DNA of 64,000 nt from a virus: the IMG/VR virus record IMGVR_UViG_3300045988_174992, one strand, 5' to 3'. The notes beneath the pieces were generated by a model. The model was not told where the DNA came from. It searched no databases and saw only the letters and a program-made list of their open reading frames with translations. Positions 19,046-28,841 of the stretch are shown piece by piece. Each line of letters begins with the position of its first letter. Within the stretch, counting starts at the first letter, position 1. A program made the translations under genes and the position numbers.

Positions 19046-20476
19046 TTATTTTACATAATTTTTAAATAATTGAAAATCATCTTTTATTAAAGATCGTTTC
19101 AATAATTCCAAGTCATTGATATACATTTGCTTTTCTGTTGTATTTTTGATATATTCAAGATGCTTCTTTATCTCTTCATTCTGCTTCAAAAGTTCATCTC
19201 TTTCTTCTATAGTTACTTTTGACATGGGTGTTGCAAGCAATGCCATTGGCAAGTGTTGTGCATCCATATCAGGTTTGATATCCACTTTACTTCTGTTACG
19301 AATCTTAAGCTTACCTTTACATACAAGTTCAATGAACTTTACTAATTCTGAATTGTTCTTGTATTTATCTTCAAGTATCTTTACAAGCTTCTTCTTTCTC
19401 TCAACATAAACAGTCAATCTCCAATTTACAAAATATTTGATAACCTCATATCTGTCTTTGAAATATTTGAGCTTGCCATTCTCATCAAGCAACCAAAGCA
19501 AATCATCTGGAAGTTTCTTAATGAGCTTGAACTTATTAGCTAATCTCTTACCTGACCTATCTGATTTGATTTCTTTTGCAAGTTGACCTTTGAAGAATTG
19601 TACTTCATAATGCACATTACCATCCTCTGACAAATCTTTATAGTCTTTGATTTCTTGTTTGTCACAAAGTCTATTCAGTAATTTTTCAAATTCAACATAA
19701 GTAGTATCAGATGGCAAATTAGTGATTGTCATCAAGTCTTTTGCTTGATTTGTCTTCCATTCTCCATAGCAATACCATTGGCCAGATTCTAACTTCCAAT
19801 TGTCTTGTGGAATATCTCTCAAATAAGGCCTTACAACTGTCTTAAACTGTTCTATACCTTTCTTACTTTTGAGAATCTCTAAACAGCAATCAAGTACATC
19901 TACTGGATTCCAAGCATTGCTATGGAAAGAATATCCATTAGCAATACCCATAGTTGTATTAGAAAGAACTGTAGGTACAATAGGAAGGTAATGTTCTGGC
20001 TCAACATAGTCACCTTCTTCAAATACATATTTCAACAGGTCATAATCTGCCTTGTATACTAAGTCTGCATACTTTGACTTTCTGATATATAGGTATCGAG
20101 GTGCTCCAGCTTCTGGACTGCGGAGATATCCTCCTTGGCCTTCAATTTCTAGTGGGTTGTAAAAATTATAAAAAGCTTTAGCCAATGTACATGTGGTACC
20201 AACAAGGGAAGCGTCACCATGTGCATAGAGAGATATCTTCATTGTGTCACCAACAAGAGCAAGCAACTTCGATGTTGATCCATTCTTCAATGAACCTTCA
20301 AACATTGCATGTACAATCTTTCTTGCACCTGGCTTAAACCCATCGCATATAGAGGGGATAGCACGATCCCCTACTGTTGCAAGTGAATAATTCAAATATT
20401 CTACATTGAGAAAGTCAGTAATTGACTTGTTGATATCTTTCTTTACAACTACTTTATTTTCTGATTTCTTTACCAT
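19046..20476 (-). CDS. type II DNA topoisomerase, GyrA-like cleavage subunit (T4 gp52-like)
   Basis: 476 aa; active-site region EAGAPRYLYI; directly downstream of the GyrB-like subunit gene. Confidence 0.8.
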   Translation of the reverse strand: MVKKSENKVVVKKDINKSITDFLNVEYLNYSLATVGDRAIPSICDGFKPGARKIVHAMFEGSLKNGSTSKLLALVGDTMKISLYAHGDASLVGTTCTLAKAFYNFYNPLEIEGQGGYLRSPEAGAPRYLYIRKSKYADLVYKADYDLLKYVFEEGDYVEPEHYLPIVPTVLSNTTMGIANGYSFHSNAWNPVDVLDCCLEILKSKKGIEQFKTVVRPYLRDIPQDNWKLESGQWYCYGEWKTNQAKDLMTITNLPSDTTYVEFEKLLNRLCDKQEIKDYKDLSEDGNVHYEVQFFKGQLAKEIKSDRSGKRLANKFKLIKKLPDDLLWLLDENGKLKYFKDRYEVIKYFVNWRLTVYVERKKKLVKILEDKYKNNSELVKFIELVCKGKLKIRNRSKVDIKPDMDAQHLPMALLATPMSKVTIEERDELLKQNEEIKKHLEYIKNTTEKQMYINDLELLKRSLIKDDFQLFKNYVK

Positions 20477-20481
20477 ATTCT

Positions 20482-22365
20482 TTAAACTAAATCTCCCATC
20501 ATTTCTTTTCGATCATTACTATTCTTACCAAACCATTTCTTGAACATTGACTTTGTCAAATCATCAATCTTGAAATGCATGAAGATAGGGTTTCTCATTG
20601 ATTCTTTTGTTTCGGATGCATCAAGACCAGAAAGACCTTTGACGTACTTAATCATATATCCTTTAAGCTTTCTTGCATCTTTATCAAATTCTTCTTGGCT
20701 ATAATACTTCTTTACTTCTTTACCCTTCTTTGCAATAATGATAGGAGTAATGCTTCTGCATACTATACCCTTCTCAAAAAGAATTGGCCATCTAGAAAAA
20801 AGAAGAAGCAACAATGCGGCAATCTTATCTCCATCAATATCGGCATCAGTAGATATTACAATCTTATCAAATTTCAAATCATTGATATTGAAGTCATCAC
20901 CAAACTTAAGACCCAAAATAGTAATAATATCATTGAACACATCATTTTTCATAATCTGCAATGGTGACATATCTAATGAATTAGGTGGTACACCTCTCAT
21001 TACATAACCAGCTTGAGTTTCTGGATCTCTACCAATACGAAGACCTCTTGCTGCAGAATCACCTTCATAAATCCAAAGCTGCTTACCTTGTTTCTTTTTT
21101 GATGAACAAGTCACATACTTATCTGAACGACGAAGACCTTTACTTGCTTCTTTATTGAGCTTACGAAGAGTGCGTTGATCTTCTGCTTCACATTTCTTCT
21201 TATACCAATCTCTTACATTATCTATGATTTCAGACTTTACAACGGAATCAAGAAACTTGTTTGGAAGTTCAAACTTTACATTTTCATCTTTATAGAATTT
21301 CTCTACAGGTGTAGTCAAACATTCCTTAGTCTGTGAATCATAAGATGGATTAGAAATAGTCAAGTCACAGAACATGCTATAGTTGCCATCAACTTGTCGT
21401 GGAAGCAAATCAATCTTATCTTTCTTCTTAAGAAAATCACATACTGTAGTATTGATGATTTGGTGCAATGCCTTAACATGAGTACCTTTATTGCAAATAC
21501 CTCCATTAACGAATCCAATATTGATAGCACCATCAGGATATACATAGACATGCTTATGTTCATCTTTCATCTCTATGCAATCCTTTAAAGTAACATAATT
21601 TCTGTACAAGTCAATATAGTCTTTGAAATTGTCATATCTGTACTCACCACATAGATCTTCATCTTTATATGTTACCTTCAATCCTGGATTAGCAGCTGCT
21701 GCATTGATGCAACGTGTCAATATGATATCCTTGAATGTTCTGTCAAGCTTATCTATTCCTTCAAATCTAGAAAAGTCTAGATGAAATGTGATCCTAGTTC
21801 CATGATTTTTCTTAGAAGATTTTTCTATCTCCTCATCATAGAATTCTGACATGTTGTTTTTCCAGTTACCAACCCATCGCTTCTTTCCATCATCTGTCAT
21901 TACACCAAAATAAGATGAAAAAATATTTGTAAGGCTGGAACCAACTCCATTAGTACCAAGGCCTGATCTATCTTCATCATCATTATAGTTTGATGATGTT
22001 CTCATTCTTCCAAAGATTAGTTGTGGTACCATAATACCAGCTTCTTTATGTTTGACAACTGGAATTCCACCATTATCTTCTATTACTATGGTATTGTCTT
22101 TCATTACAGTAACAGAAATTTGTGTTAACCCTATATTGTCTGGTCTACGATATTCATCAGTAGAATTTGATATGATTTCATCTATCAATTTCAGTATAGC
22201 TGGAACATATTCTACTTCTTTCTGTACCATCATCTGTTCTTTATAATCAAAAACAAACTGAGTAGAAAGTTCTGGTTTTACTGAACCAACATACATGCCA
22301 GGACGGAGGAGTACATGCTCTTGTTCTGATAATTCTTTATATTTTTGCTCTATTGTCTTTGCCAT
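20482..22365 (-). CDS. type II DNA topoisomerase, ATPase + Toprim subunit (T4 gp39-like)
   Basis: GHKL ATPase N-terminus (EHVLLRPGMYVGS), Toprim EGDSA, DADIDG. Confidence 0.85.
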   Translation of the reverse strand: MAKTIEQKYKELSEQEHVLLRPGMYVGSVKPELSTQFVFDYKEQMMVQKEVEYVPAILKLIDEIISNSTDEYRRPDNIGLTQISVTVMKDNTIVIEDNGGIPVVKHKEAGIMVPQLIFGRMRTSSNYNDDEDRSGLGTNGVGSSLTNIFSSYFGVMTDDGKKRWVGNWKNNMSEFYDEEIEKSSKKNHGTRITFHLDFSRFEGIDKLDRTFKDIILTRCINAAAANPGLKVTYKDEDLCGEYRYDNFKDYIDLYRNYVTLKDCIEMKDEHKHVYVYPDGAINIGFVNGGICNKGTHVKALHQIINTTVCDFLKKKDKIDLLPRQVDGNYSMFCDLTISNPSYDSQTKECLTTPVEKFYKDENVKFELPNKFLDSVVKSEIIDNVRDWYKKKCEAEDQRTLRKLNKEASKGLRRSDKYVTCSSKKKQGKQLWIYEGDSAARGLRIGRDPETQAGYVMRGVPPNSLDMSPLQIMKNDVFNDIITILGLKFGDDFNINDLKFDKIVISTDADIDGDKIAALLLLLFSRWPILFEKGIVCRSITPIIIAKKGKEVKKYYSQEEFDKDARKLKGYMIKYVKGLSGLDASETKESMRNPIFMHFKIDDLTKSMFKKWFGKNSNDRKEMMGDLV

Positions 22366-22370
22366 ATAAT

Positions 22371-22670
22371 TTACAACACCTTAATATAAGCATCATTCAA
22401 TGTAAGCCATTCTTTCTTAGCATCTTTATTGAGAATTCTCAATTCACATTTATATACTGGATATTTGACATTCTTAGGTGCCACCAATGTTACTCTTGAA
22501 TTCAACACTTTACCAATATGTTCTACTCGTTCAATACTAGCACCAAATCCTCTTGAAGATGGTACTACTTCTGGAACAGCAATAGAAACATTCTGATCTA
22601 TCATTGTATCAAGTTCATTTTTTAACCAATCTTGAAAATGATCTAAATAATATTCTGTTTTATAATACAT
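22371..22670 (-). CDS. hypothetical protein (99 aa)
   Basis: ORF only. Confidence 0.55.
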   Translation of the reverse strand: MYYKTEYYLDHFQDWLKNELDTMIDQNVSIAVPEVVPSSRGFGASIERVEHIGKVLNSRVTLVAPKNVKYPVYKCELRILNKDAKKEWLTLNDAYIKVL

Positions 22671-23007
22671 TTATCTTTCCTTTCTTATATAATCTGTTTA
22701 TTGTATTGTTTACATAATTGTAATTCTTCTTAAATTCATCGGTCATGAATTCCCAACTCCAAAGATAGAGCTGTTCTGGTTCTCCATTCTCTTTTATTTC
22801 GAAGAATTTCATATTGTGTGGTGTACAACTTGCAATAAGTTCATTATCTTTTTTACCTGGCAATACTTCTACAAGACATAAGATGTTTCTATGTACAGTA
22901 TTGTCTTTCTCATTAAGAATATAGCTTACTGTATACATAGTACCACCAAATACTGGTTTTACATCTGACTTGATAACTGATTGCAAATTTCTACTTACTC
23001 TTTTCAT
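22660..23007 (-). CDS. hypothetical protein (115 aa)
   Basis: ORF; consensus promoter 23037-23065 upstream. Confidence 0.55.
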   Translation of the reverse strand: MKRVSRNLQSVIKSDVKPVFGGTMYTVSYILNEKDNTVHRNILCLVEVLPGKKDNELIASCTPHNMKFFEIKENGEPEQLYLWSWEFMTDEFKKNYNYVNNTINRLYKKGKINVL

Positions 23008-23036
23008 ATTCTAAGAATTTTAATATTTACTTTTAT

Positions 23037-23065
23037 AATATAGATAAATTGTATAGAATTTCAAA
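23037..23065 (-). promoter_or_regulatory. phage consensus promoter
   Basis: AATATAGATAAATTGTATAGAATTTCAAA upstream of the topoisomerase operon. Confidence 0.55.
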
Positions 23066-23081
23066 AATATCATAAACAAAT

Positions 23082-23110
23082 AAAAGGTACTCTATATTAG
23101 GGTACCTTTT
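23082..23110 (-). terminator. terminator after the PolB N-part
   Basis: AAAAGGTAC...GTACCTTTT. Confidence 0.6.
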
Positions 23111-23117
23111 GTATTTA

Positions 23118-24671
23118 TTATGATTTACTATTCTCTTCCTCTTCTCTTATCTTTATAAGTCTATCAATTTCCATCATTACTGGTCCTTGTAATGACCAAT
23201 TCAAATATTTGTAATGGTCTCGACGTTCCTTTTGAATTCTTTGCATTTTCGCGAACATGTATTCTTTATCATTTTTGTATACAGTTCCTTGCAATGATAC
23301 AAAATAATTAGGGTCTTTTCTGAACTTATCAAGCTCTTCTTCTGTCCATGGAATTTCTGTATATCTTCCAAAACTGTCTGGACCTACTTTATTTGTAACA
23401 ATAGATTCCATTGATATGTTGCAAGTTCGAACTACTGATGGATAAAGTGAAGCAAAATCATCACATACACTATATTCCCAACGTCCTGGAACACATCCAC
23501 AAAAAGCACCTTCATAATTTACTTTTGTTCTTTCAACAGCATCATAATCCCATACTACATGTCGATCTTCATCATAAAAACATCTGAACAAATTAGCTGT
23601 TGTCAAAGCCACCTGACCCAATGCTTTCTGAGCTGGAATTCCTGTTACTGTTGCCATAGAACAAGGACTTTCAATACATTTGAAACGATAATGAATCAAA
23701 GCATTCAAGCAAGAGTCGATAGCATTATAGTAAACAAACAATGGGAAATCCTTTTCATAACATTCCTTCATTGTTCCTTCATATTTTACTTTATGAGCAT
23801 TAACTCCATGACTACCAACCCAATCTAACGAATATGATTCATAAGGTCTCATTGAATACTCATAAGATTTGATGAGCTCCATATAATCCCATATCATGCA
23901 ACCTTGTGGTGCTGGAATACTATATTTTGTACCATCCATCTCTGACCAAGAAATCTTATTGATTTCTCCAACAACACTTGCGGATCTCATCAATTGCATT
24001 GCTTTGAACTTTCCAAACAACTTTACTGTTCTATTCCAAATATAGTTCCAATCAAATCGATAATAGTTCCATCCAGCAAGACATCCGATCTTTGGCATTA
24101 TTCTAGTAAACCAATGCTCAATCATTGATTCCTCAGTTTCAAAATATTGATAATATACTTTTGGTGTAAAACCTTTTTTCTTTAATAGGTTTTTCGCAAA
24201 GTCATTATCTTCTATATATTTAAGGTATCTTTCCTTCAATTCTTCTTGTTCATCAGAATTCAATGGTTTGATACCTAATACCATTACAGACAAATCTGGA
24301 CCAACAAGACTTATCAACTGAATTCTTTGTTCTGCCTTTTCTGGTTCTGGGAATTCATCAGAAATTTCGGTTTCTATATCACTAAAGTAAATTCTTGGAA
24401 ATCTCATCGCCATTACTTCCTTATAGATATCTTCTGGCAAATTGTACAAGAATTCCAACTGGTCAAACTCATTTGGTTGATATTTAGATGCATCCTTAGA
24501 TACTACATCACATTTCTTACCATCCCATGTATACTTCTTTCCATTTGGATTGTACTCATAAGTCTTCCAGTGATGCATCTGTTTTGAATAGCATTTTCTA
24601 TTACCATTTTCATCCAAATAGAAAATATAATACGTCTGATTCTTTCTTAACCAAAATCTGTCAATTATCAT
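23118..24671 (-). CDS. family B DNA polymerase, N-terminal part (exonuclease domain through motif A)
   Basis: Exo I FSDIETE, Exo II NYYRFDWNY, Exo III YYNAIDS, pol motif A DFASLYPS; ends before motif B; own terminator 23082-23110. Confidence 0.9.
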   Translation of the reverse strand: MIIDRFWLRKNQTYYIFYLDENGNRKCYSKQMHHWKTYEYNPNGKKYTWDGKKCDVVSKDASKYQPNEFDQLEFLYNLPEDIYKEVMAMRFPRIYFSDIETEISDEFPEPEKAEQRIQLISLVGPDLSVMVLGIKPLNSDEQEELKERYLKYIEDNDFAKNLLKKKGFTPKVYYQYFETEESMIEHWFTRIMPKIGCLAGWNYYRFDWNYIWNRTVKLFGKFKAMQLMRSASVVGEINKISWSEMDGTKYSIPAPQGCMIWDYMELIKSYEYSMRPYESYSLDWVGSHGVNAHKVKYEGTMKECYEKDFPLFVYYNAIDSCLNALIHYRFKCIESPCSMATVTGIPAQKALGQVALTTANLFRCFYDEDRHVVWDYDAVERTKVNYEGAFCGCVPGRWEYSVCDDFASLYPSVVRTCNISMESIVTNKVGPDSFGRYTEIPWTEEELDKFRKDPNYFVSLQGTVYKNDKEYMFAKMQRIQKERRDHYKYLNWSLQGPVMMEIDRLIKIREEEENSKS

Positions 24672-24707
24672 AGCCTTTAAAATTGTTTATTATACTTTAT
24701 CTTATCT

Positions 24708-24737
24708 AATATAGTTAATTAAGTTTTCCAAGTTCAA
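24708..24737 (-). promoter_or_regulatory. weaker promoter-like motif
   Basis: AATATAGTTAATTAAGTTTTCCAAGTTCAA upstream of the PolB N-part (TTGAAC in place of TTGAAA). Confidence 0.4.
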
Positions 24738-24748
24738 TGTTAACAATT

Positions 24749-24783
24749 AAAAAATGGAACTCTTGATTAATCAAGAGTTCCAT
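24749..24783 (-). terminator. rho-independent terminator
   Basis: Perfect 30-nt palindrome ATGGAACTCTTGATT/AATCAAGAGTTCCAT with a U5 tail in minus sense. Confidence 0.75.
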
Positions 24784-24860
24784 TCAATATTTTATATATA
24801 ATATTGTTCAACATAAAGAACGTGTTCAATTATATTGAACATCATCAATTCATTGAACAC

Positions 24861-25457
24861 TTATTCATATTTGAAATCATCCATCTTATCTGTAACCTTG
24901 TATACAACACCAACATCTGTTGTCTTTACACTTAGCAATCCTAATAATATCAATGTGTTTATGATGACTCCAGTATATTCTGATGTGTAATAATATTTTA
25001 GATATGTATCATAAGCATTCAATGGCTTATCTGGTTTAGTGAATCTGGCGCATTCCCAATCTACTACTGCCTCTGTCCATTCTACTTCATCTTTAGGTTT
25101 GTAAGCTTTATTTCCATCTAAATCCTTATAGCATGGATGATGATCTTGCCATAATGTATGAATATGGTTGATGCATTCAACTCCTAACCATGGAAACAAT
25201 GCATACATTACAATCTTGTCAACATCATGGTATTTATGAATTACTCTACCTGTCAAATAAGCTTCTACTTTCTTGAAGCATACATGATGCTTATAAGAAT
25301 ATAGAAGATGTGAATAGCTTTCTGTTACATTTCTTAAAATCAAAGATAGAAGTCCAAAGAAGTCAAATATCTTATATTGGACTGAATAATCTTTAAAAGT
25401 TTCTCTTACATAATGCAAAACATACTTAAGCTTTTCTTTACAACAAATCATAGTCAT
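24861..25457 (-). CDS. hypothetical protein (198 aa), possible HD-type motif
   Basis: ORF; H...HD pattern (YKHH...KYHDVDK), not diagnostic. Confidence 0.5.
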   Translation of the reverse strand: MTMICCKEKLKYVLHYVRETFKDYSVQYKIFDFFGLLSLILRNVTESYSHLLYSYKHHVCFKKVEAYLTGRVIHKYHDVDKIVMYALFPWLGVECINHIHTLWQDHHPCYKDLDGNKAYKPKDEVEWTEAVVDWECARFTKPDKPLNAYDTYLKYYYTSEYTGVIINTLILLGLLSVKTTDVGVVYKVTDKMDDFKYE

Positions 25458-25540
25458 TTTCGTTAGTTTTTTCTTCTTTTGAATCTGCTAAGTCACCATA
25501 AGGTGTATATGGGAGATTAGAACAATTTCTGTACAATTGA

Positions 25541-25912
25541 TTATATATATATATGTGCTGCAGATTGACCTACTTCAATAGTTTCATAAGCATTATCTTT
25601 ATCATAACAAAGCTTTTTTGTTCTTCCATCATAACAATTGTCAATTTCCAATCCATTGCCAATAGGTGTCTTAAGCACTATCTTAGTTGGTATTGTACAG
25701 ATAATTTCATGAATTCTATCAATAGGAATCATTTTGTCAGTATACCACCTTACATACAACTTCTTTTCTTTTTCCACATATTCATAAGTCTTATCCGTTA
25801 TTACACTTACTAGCAAGAATCTAGGAACATAAGACAAATCTACATCATTCATCTTCTTCCTAGTCTTTATAGAATAATCAAATGCTTTGTAATTTTTAAA
25901 ATTTTGTTCCAT
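25541..25912 (-). CDS. hypothetical protein (123 aa)
   Basis: ORF only. Confidence 0.55.
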   Translation of the reverse strand: MEQNFKNYKAFDYSIKTRKKMNDVDLSYVPRFLLVSVITDKTYEYVEKEKKLYVRWYTDKMIPIDRIHEIICTIPTKIVLKTPIGNGLEIDNCYDGRTKKLCYDKDNAYETIEVGQSAAHIYI

Positions 25913-25913
25913 G

Positions 25914-26180
25914 TTATAAATCCCAATCTTCTATTTCACTATCAACAAACCATCTTCCAACATATTCATAAGTAAACAACTTAGTACTTGTATACTTTCC
26001 AAGTCTACCATAGAATGCATGTGGTGACCACAATTCATCTGTATAATGATACTTCATCCAAAACAATGGATCGGCATAATTCTTATTTGGATTTGTATCT
26101 CTCCACTTTGTCTTGTATATGTTACCTATAATACCATAGCATATAAGGTAACCTCTAAATACATAAATTAACTTTTTCAT
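25914..26180 (-). CDS. hypothetical protein (88 aa)
   Basis: ORF; preceded by GC-hairpin repeat copy C. Confidence 0.5.
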   Translation of the reverse strand: MKKLIYVFRGYLICYGIIGNIYKTKWRDTNPNKNYADPLFWMKYHYTDELWSPHAFYGRLGKYTSTKLFTYEYVGRWFVDSEIEDWDL

Positions 26181-26200
26181 AATTTCTTATAATATTCTCT

Positions 26201-26297
26201 AGATTCCTCTGTTAAGCGCCTGGGTCACACAGGGAGCGGAAAAATATACTTCAGTATGTTCTATAAGCTAAGACATTTTTAACGTTCCTGTGTGAAT
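26201..26297 (-). repeat. GC-rich hairpin repeat family, copy C (inverted relative to A/B)
   Basis: Plus strand GCGCCTGGGTCACACAGGGAGCGGAAAAATATACTTCAGTATGTTCTATAA...CCTGTGTG; 8 nt from the stop of the AAA ATPase gene. Confidence 0.85.
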
Positions 26298-26302
26298 GTT
26301 TT

Positions 26303-27526
26303 TTAGTTCAATGTCATCATAAGTTGTTTTACAGGTTTGACATCATCATCATTGAATTTGTTGCAAACCACAAAATTCACCGCATCTAATATATCAAATC
26401 CATCAGCAATCATTTCACCAATAGCAATATTCTCTCTTGTAGAAACAGGAAAATTCACTACACCTTTCTTATTTTCTTGCCTCATTGCATTTGCAAACTT
26501 TACAATGATAGCAGCATCATCTTCTGATATCTTACATCTGTTCTTCAATACTTCTATCTCATTTCTGACTGGCATGTAATCCACTTTCAATGGTAGAAAT
26601 CTGTTCATCAAAGCAGCATCAATTTCTTGAGTACCACTATATTCCGAACCAATATTAGCAGTAGCAATGAATACACAATCTGGATGTACTTTTACTGAGC
26701 GTGGACCTTCTGAATCTGCTATAGCTAATGGTAGTTCTCTACGAGAATCTAAACAAGGAAACAGAATATTGTTTGTCATCAATGGAGCTCTTGAAAGCTC
26801 ATCAAGCAATATTACACCCGGTTTCTGAACATCATAAACAAACTTTGCATAATCAAATGTAGAACTACCATCCTTAATACGATGGCATCCGAGCAAGTCA
26901 GTTAATGGATCTTGCATAGCACCCATATCATGTACTTCACAATTTATTCCAAGTTGCTTACAAGCCATCAATATCAATTCTGTTTTACCAGTACCGGTAG
27001 GTCCAATCAATAATGTTGGTTTCTTTCTCATGATGTTTCTTACAAGATATTTCCAGTTCTTGCTTTCAACATAGAAACCAGTATTTTCTATATTTGGACA
27101 ATCAGGCAATGAATCAATAAAATTTTCAGAATTTATAATCTTCTTTATTGTTCCATCTTCTGATTTTGTTGTTACAACTTCTGCTTGTTCATCATTAAGA
27201 TCATAATCCACAGTTGGATCAAACTGACATTTCTTACTGAACAAATCATTCAAATCATCATCAGAAGCAATATTTGGAATTCCTTGAAAACCAAAAGTAA
27301 ACTTTTTAGAATCAAAAATATATTTATCAGTATAATATATTACTGCTTTATTTTTGTTTCTTTCTATGAAATCTATTTGCTTCTTATTATATCCTTTCTT
27401 ATTCTCTTCAATCAATTTCGTATTTCCACGAAATTTTGCATCCAATACAGAATTCTGTCCTCGATAAGGATAAAATATTCCTAATTCAATTGTAAAGTAT
27501 AATCTTGGATTTCTCATTTCTTTCAA
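26303..27526 (-). CDS. MoxR/CobS-like AAA+ ATPase
   Basis: Walker A GPTGTGKTE, Walker B ILLDELSRA; 407 aa. Confidence 0.75.
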   Translation of the reverse strand: MKEMRNPRLYFTIELGIFYPYRGQNSVLDAKFRGNTKLIEENKKGYNKKQIDFIERNKNKAVIYYTDKYIFDSKKFTFGFQGIPNIASDDDLNDLFSKKCQFDPTVDYDLNDEQAEVVTTKSEDGTIKKIINSENFIDSLPDCPNIENTGFYVESKNWKYLVRNIMRKKPTLLIGPTGTGKTELILMACKQLGINCEVHDMGAMQDPLTDLLGCHRIKDGSSTFDYAKFVYDVQKPGVILLDELSRAPLMTNNILFPCLDSRRELPLAIADSEGPRSVKVHPDCVFIATANIGSEYSGTQEIDAALMNRFLPLKVDYMPVRNEIEVLKNRCKISEDDAAIIVKFANAMRQENKKGVVNFPVSTRENIAIGEMIADGFDILDAVNFVVCNKFNDDDVKPVKQLMMTLN

Positions 27527-27540
27527 ATTTTAATTCTTAT

Positions 27541-27572
27541 ATAAATTAGAAAAAGGGAGAAAAATTTCAAAA
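27541..27572 (-). promoter_or_regulatory. promoter-like motif overlapping a terminator hairpin
   Basis: Minus-sense TTTTGAAATTTTTCTCCCTTTTTCTAATTTAT; the -33 box lies in the hairpin loop and the -7 box after the U-run; upstream of the AAA ATPase. Confidence 0.4.
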
Positions 27573-27591
27573 TGATGAAAAATTTCTCCCT
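27550..27591 (-). terminator. rho-independent terminator
   Basis: AGGGAGA...TCTCCCT stem with U-run in minus sense. Confidence 0.6.
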
Positions 27592-27601
27592 GTTGATTAC
27601 T

Positions 27602-27880
27602 TCAGGCAGCAATCATCAAATCCAAGTTGTGAATAAGGTTCTTATAACGAGAACCATCCAAATTGAATTTATATTGGCGGTCTTCGTATGAAACTTTACC
27701 GAAGACTGTTGCTAAAATCTTATCGCGACTAACACAGATGAATTTTACTTTTCTTCCATCTCGTGTTACTAACTTAGCACCTTTCTTTGCTTCATCAAGG
27801 TTGAACTCCTTGAAATTATTGTTTAATATTGAATTATTTACTGATGCAGCTACTGACTTATTCATATTGTTCATAATCAT
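27602..27880 (-). CDS. hypothetical protein (92 aa), MIM-start family
   Basis: ORF begins ATGATTATGAAC right after promoter 27916-27945; terminator 27550-27591. Confidence 0.55.
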   Translation of the reverse strand: MIMNNMNKSVAASVNNSILNNNFKEFNLDEAKKGAKLVTRDGRKVKFICVSRDKILATVFGKVSYEDRQYKFNLDGSRYKNLIHNLDLMIAA

Positions 27881-27915
27881 AATATTTTAAAATTAAACAT
27901 TTGTTTGACATGAAT

Positions 27916-27945
27916 AAAATAGAAACTATTCAGAAAATTTCAAAA
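27916..27945 (-). promoter_or_regulatory. phage consensus promoter
   Basis: AAAATAGAAACTATTCAGAAAATTTCAAAA. Confidence 0.55.
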
Positions 27946-27946
27946 T

Positions 27947-28303
27947 TTATTCAACTTTTTCTTCAATTTTTATTGTTTTGAAGTCGTCAAAAGTATTGAT
28001 GCCATCAATTAATGGGTTTAAGCATTTCATGGCCCAACTTGTCCTATCACTATATACAATTCTTTCTGTTTGCATGATAGAAATTCTAAATGTTTTGTTT
28101 CTGTCTCTCAAGTCATCATACAAATCACTATCATAATTGTCTTTAATACTATTTCTAGAACAAAGAAATAAATCGTATGCTTCTCCACTTCCTTTACCAC
28201 CCTTTACAATAAATGTATCTAATGCAAAGCTAGGTCTTTCTATTCCATCTGAACATTCAAATACTGTTTTCCACATGATACAAATATTAAATTGAAACTT
28301 CAT
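27947..28303 (-). CDS. hypothetical protein (118 aa)
   Basis: ORF only. Confidence 0.5.
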   Translation of the reverse strand: MKFQFNICIMWKTVFECSDGIERPSFALDTFIVKGGKGSGEAYDLFLCSRNSIKDNYDSDLYDDLRDRNKTFRISIMQTERIVYSDRTSWAMKCLNPLIDGINTFDDFKTIKIEEKVE

Positions 28304-28553
28304 ATATACCTATACCTACTTTACCATGTACATCAATTACAACATTATCAACATACAATACTTCTACCAAATCAAAGTCACCTAACTTTTCTAACTCCTC
28401 TTTTATTATATTATTGAACATGTTTCTACCAGTAGACCAATCTCTAGAATCTAGTACAGCTATCAACTGAAAAGCAAATAACTGTATTCTAGATTCTATA
28501 GATGATTTTCTTACTATAGGTCTATATTTTCTCTTATAGATCAAGTTTTTCAT
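28287..28553 (-). CDS. hypothetical protein (88 aa)
   Basis: ORF only; short overlaps with neighbours. Confidence 0.5.
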   Translation of the reverse strand: MKNLIYKRKYRPIVRKSSIESRIQLFAFQLIAVLDSRDWSTGRNMFNNIIKEELEKLGDFDLVEVLYVDNVVIDVHGKVGIGIYEVSI

Positions 28554-28836
28554 ATACTATAGCTGCTATCTTCTTTATAGACTTTTCAAAATCATTTATT
28601 CTTGATGGAATACAACAACAAGAACATGAACATCTCTTATCTTGATAGATAACATATCTCACATCATCATTCAAATGCAACCTTATATATTCTTTAATGC
28701 AAGCTAGTTTAGTTGGTGATGCATCTACTATTAATGGAAAATTGTCAAGTTGCTTAAGAAAGAATTCTCCTGGCAATGTATGTTCATCACATTCTGCTTT
28801 GTTGTAGTTTTCACTTATCAATAGATAGTTTACCAT
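28534..28836 (-). CDS. hypothetical Cys-rich protein (100 aa)
   Basis: ORF; CSCSCCC cluster. Confidence 0.5.
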   Translation of the reverse strand: MVNYLLISENYNKAECDEHTLPGEFFLKQLDNFPLIVDASPTKLACIKEYIRLHLNDDVRYVIYQDKRCSCSCCCIPSRINDFEKSIKKIAAIVYEKLDL

Positions 28837-28841
28837 TTTCT

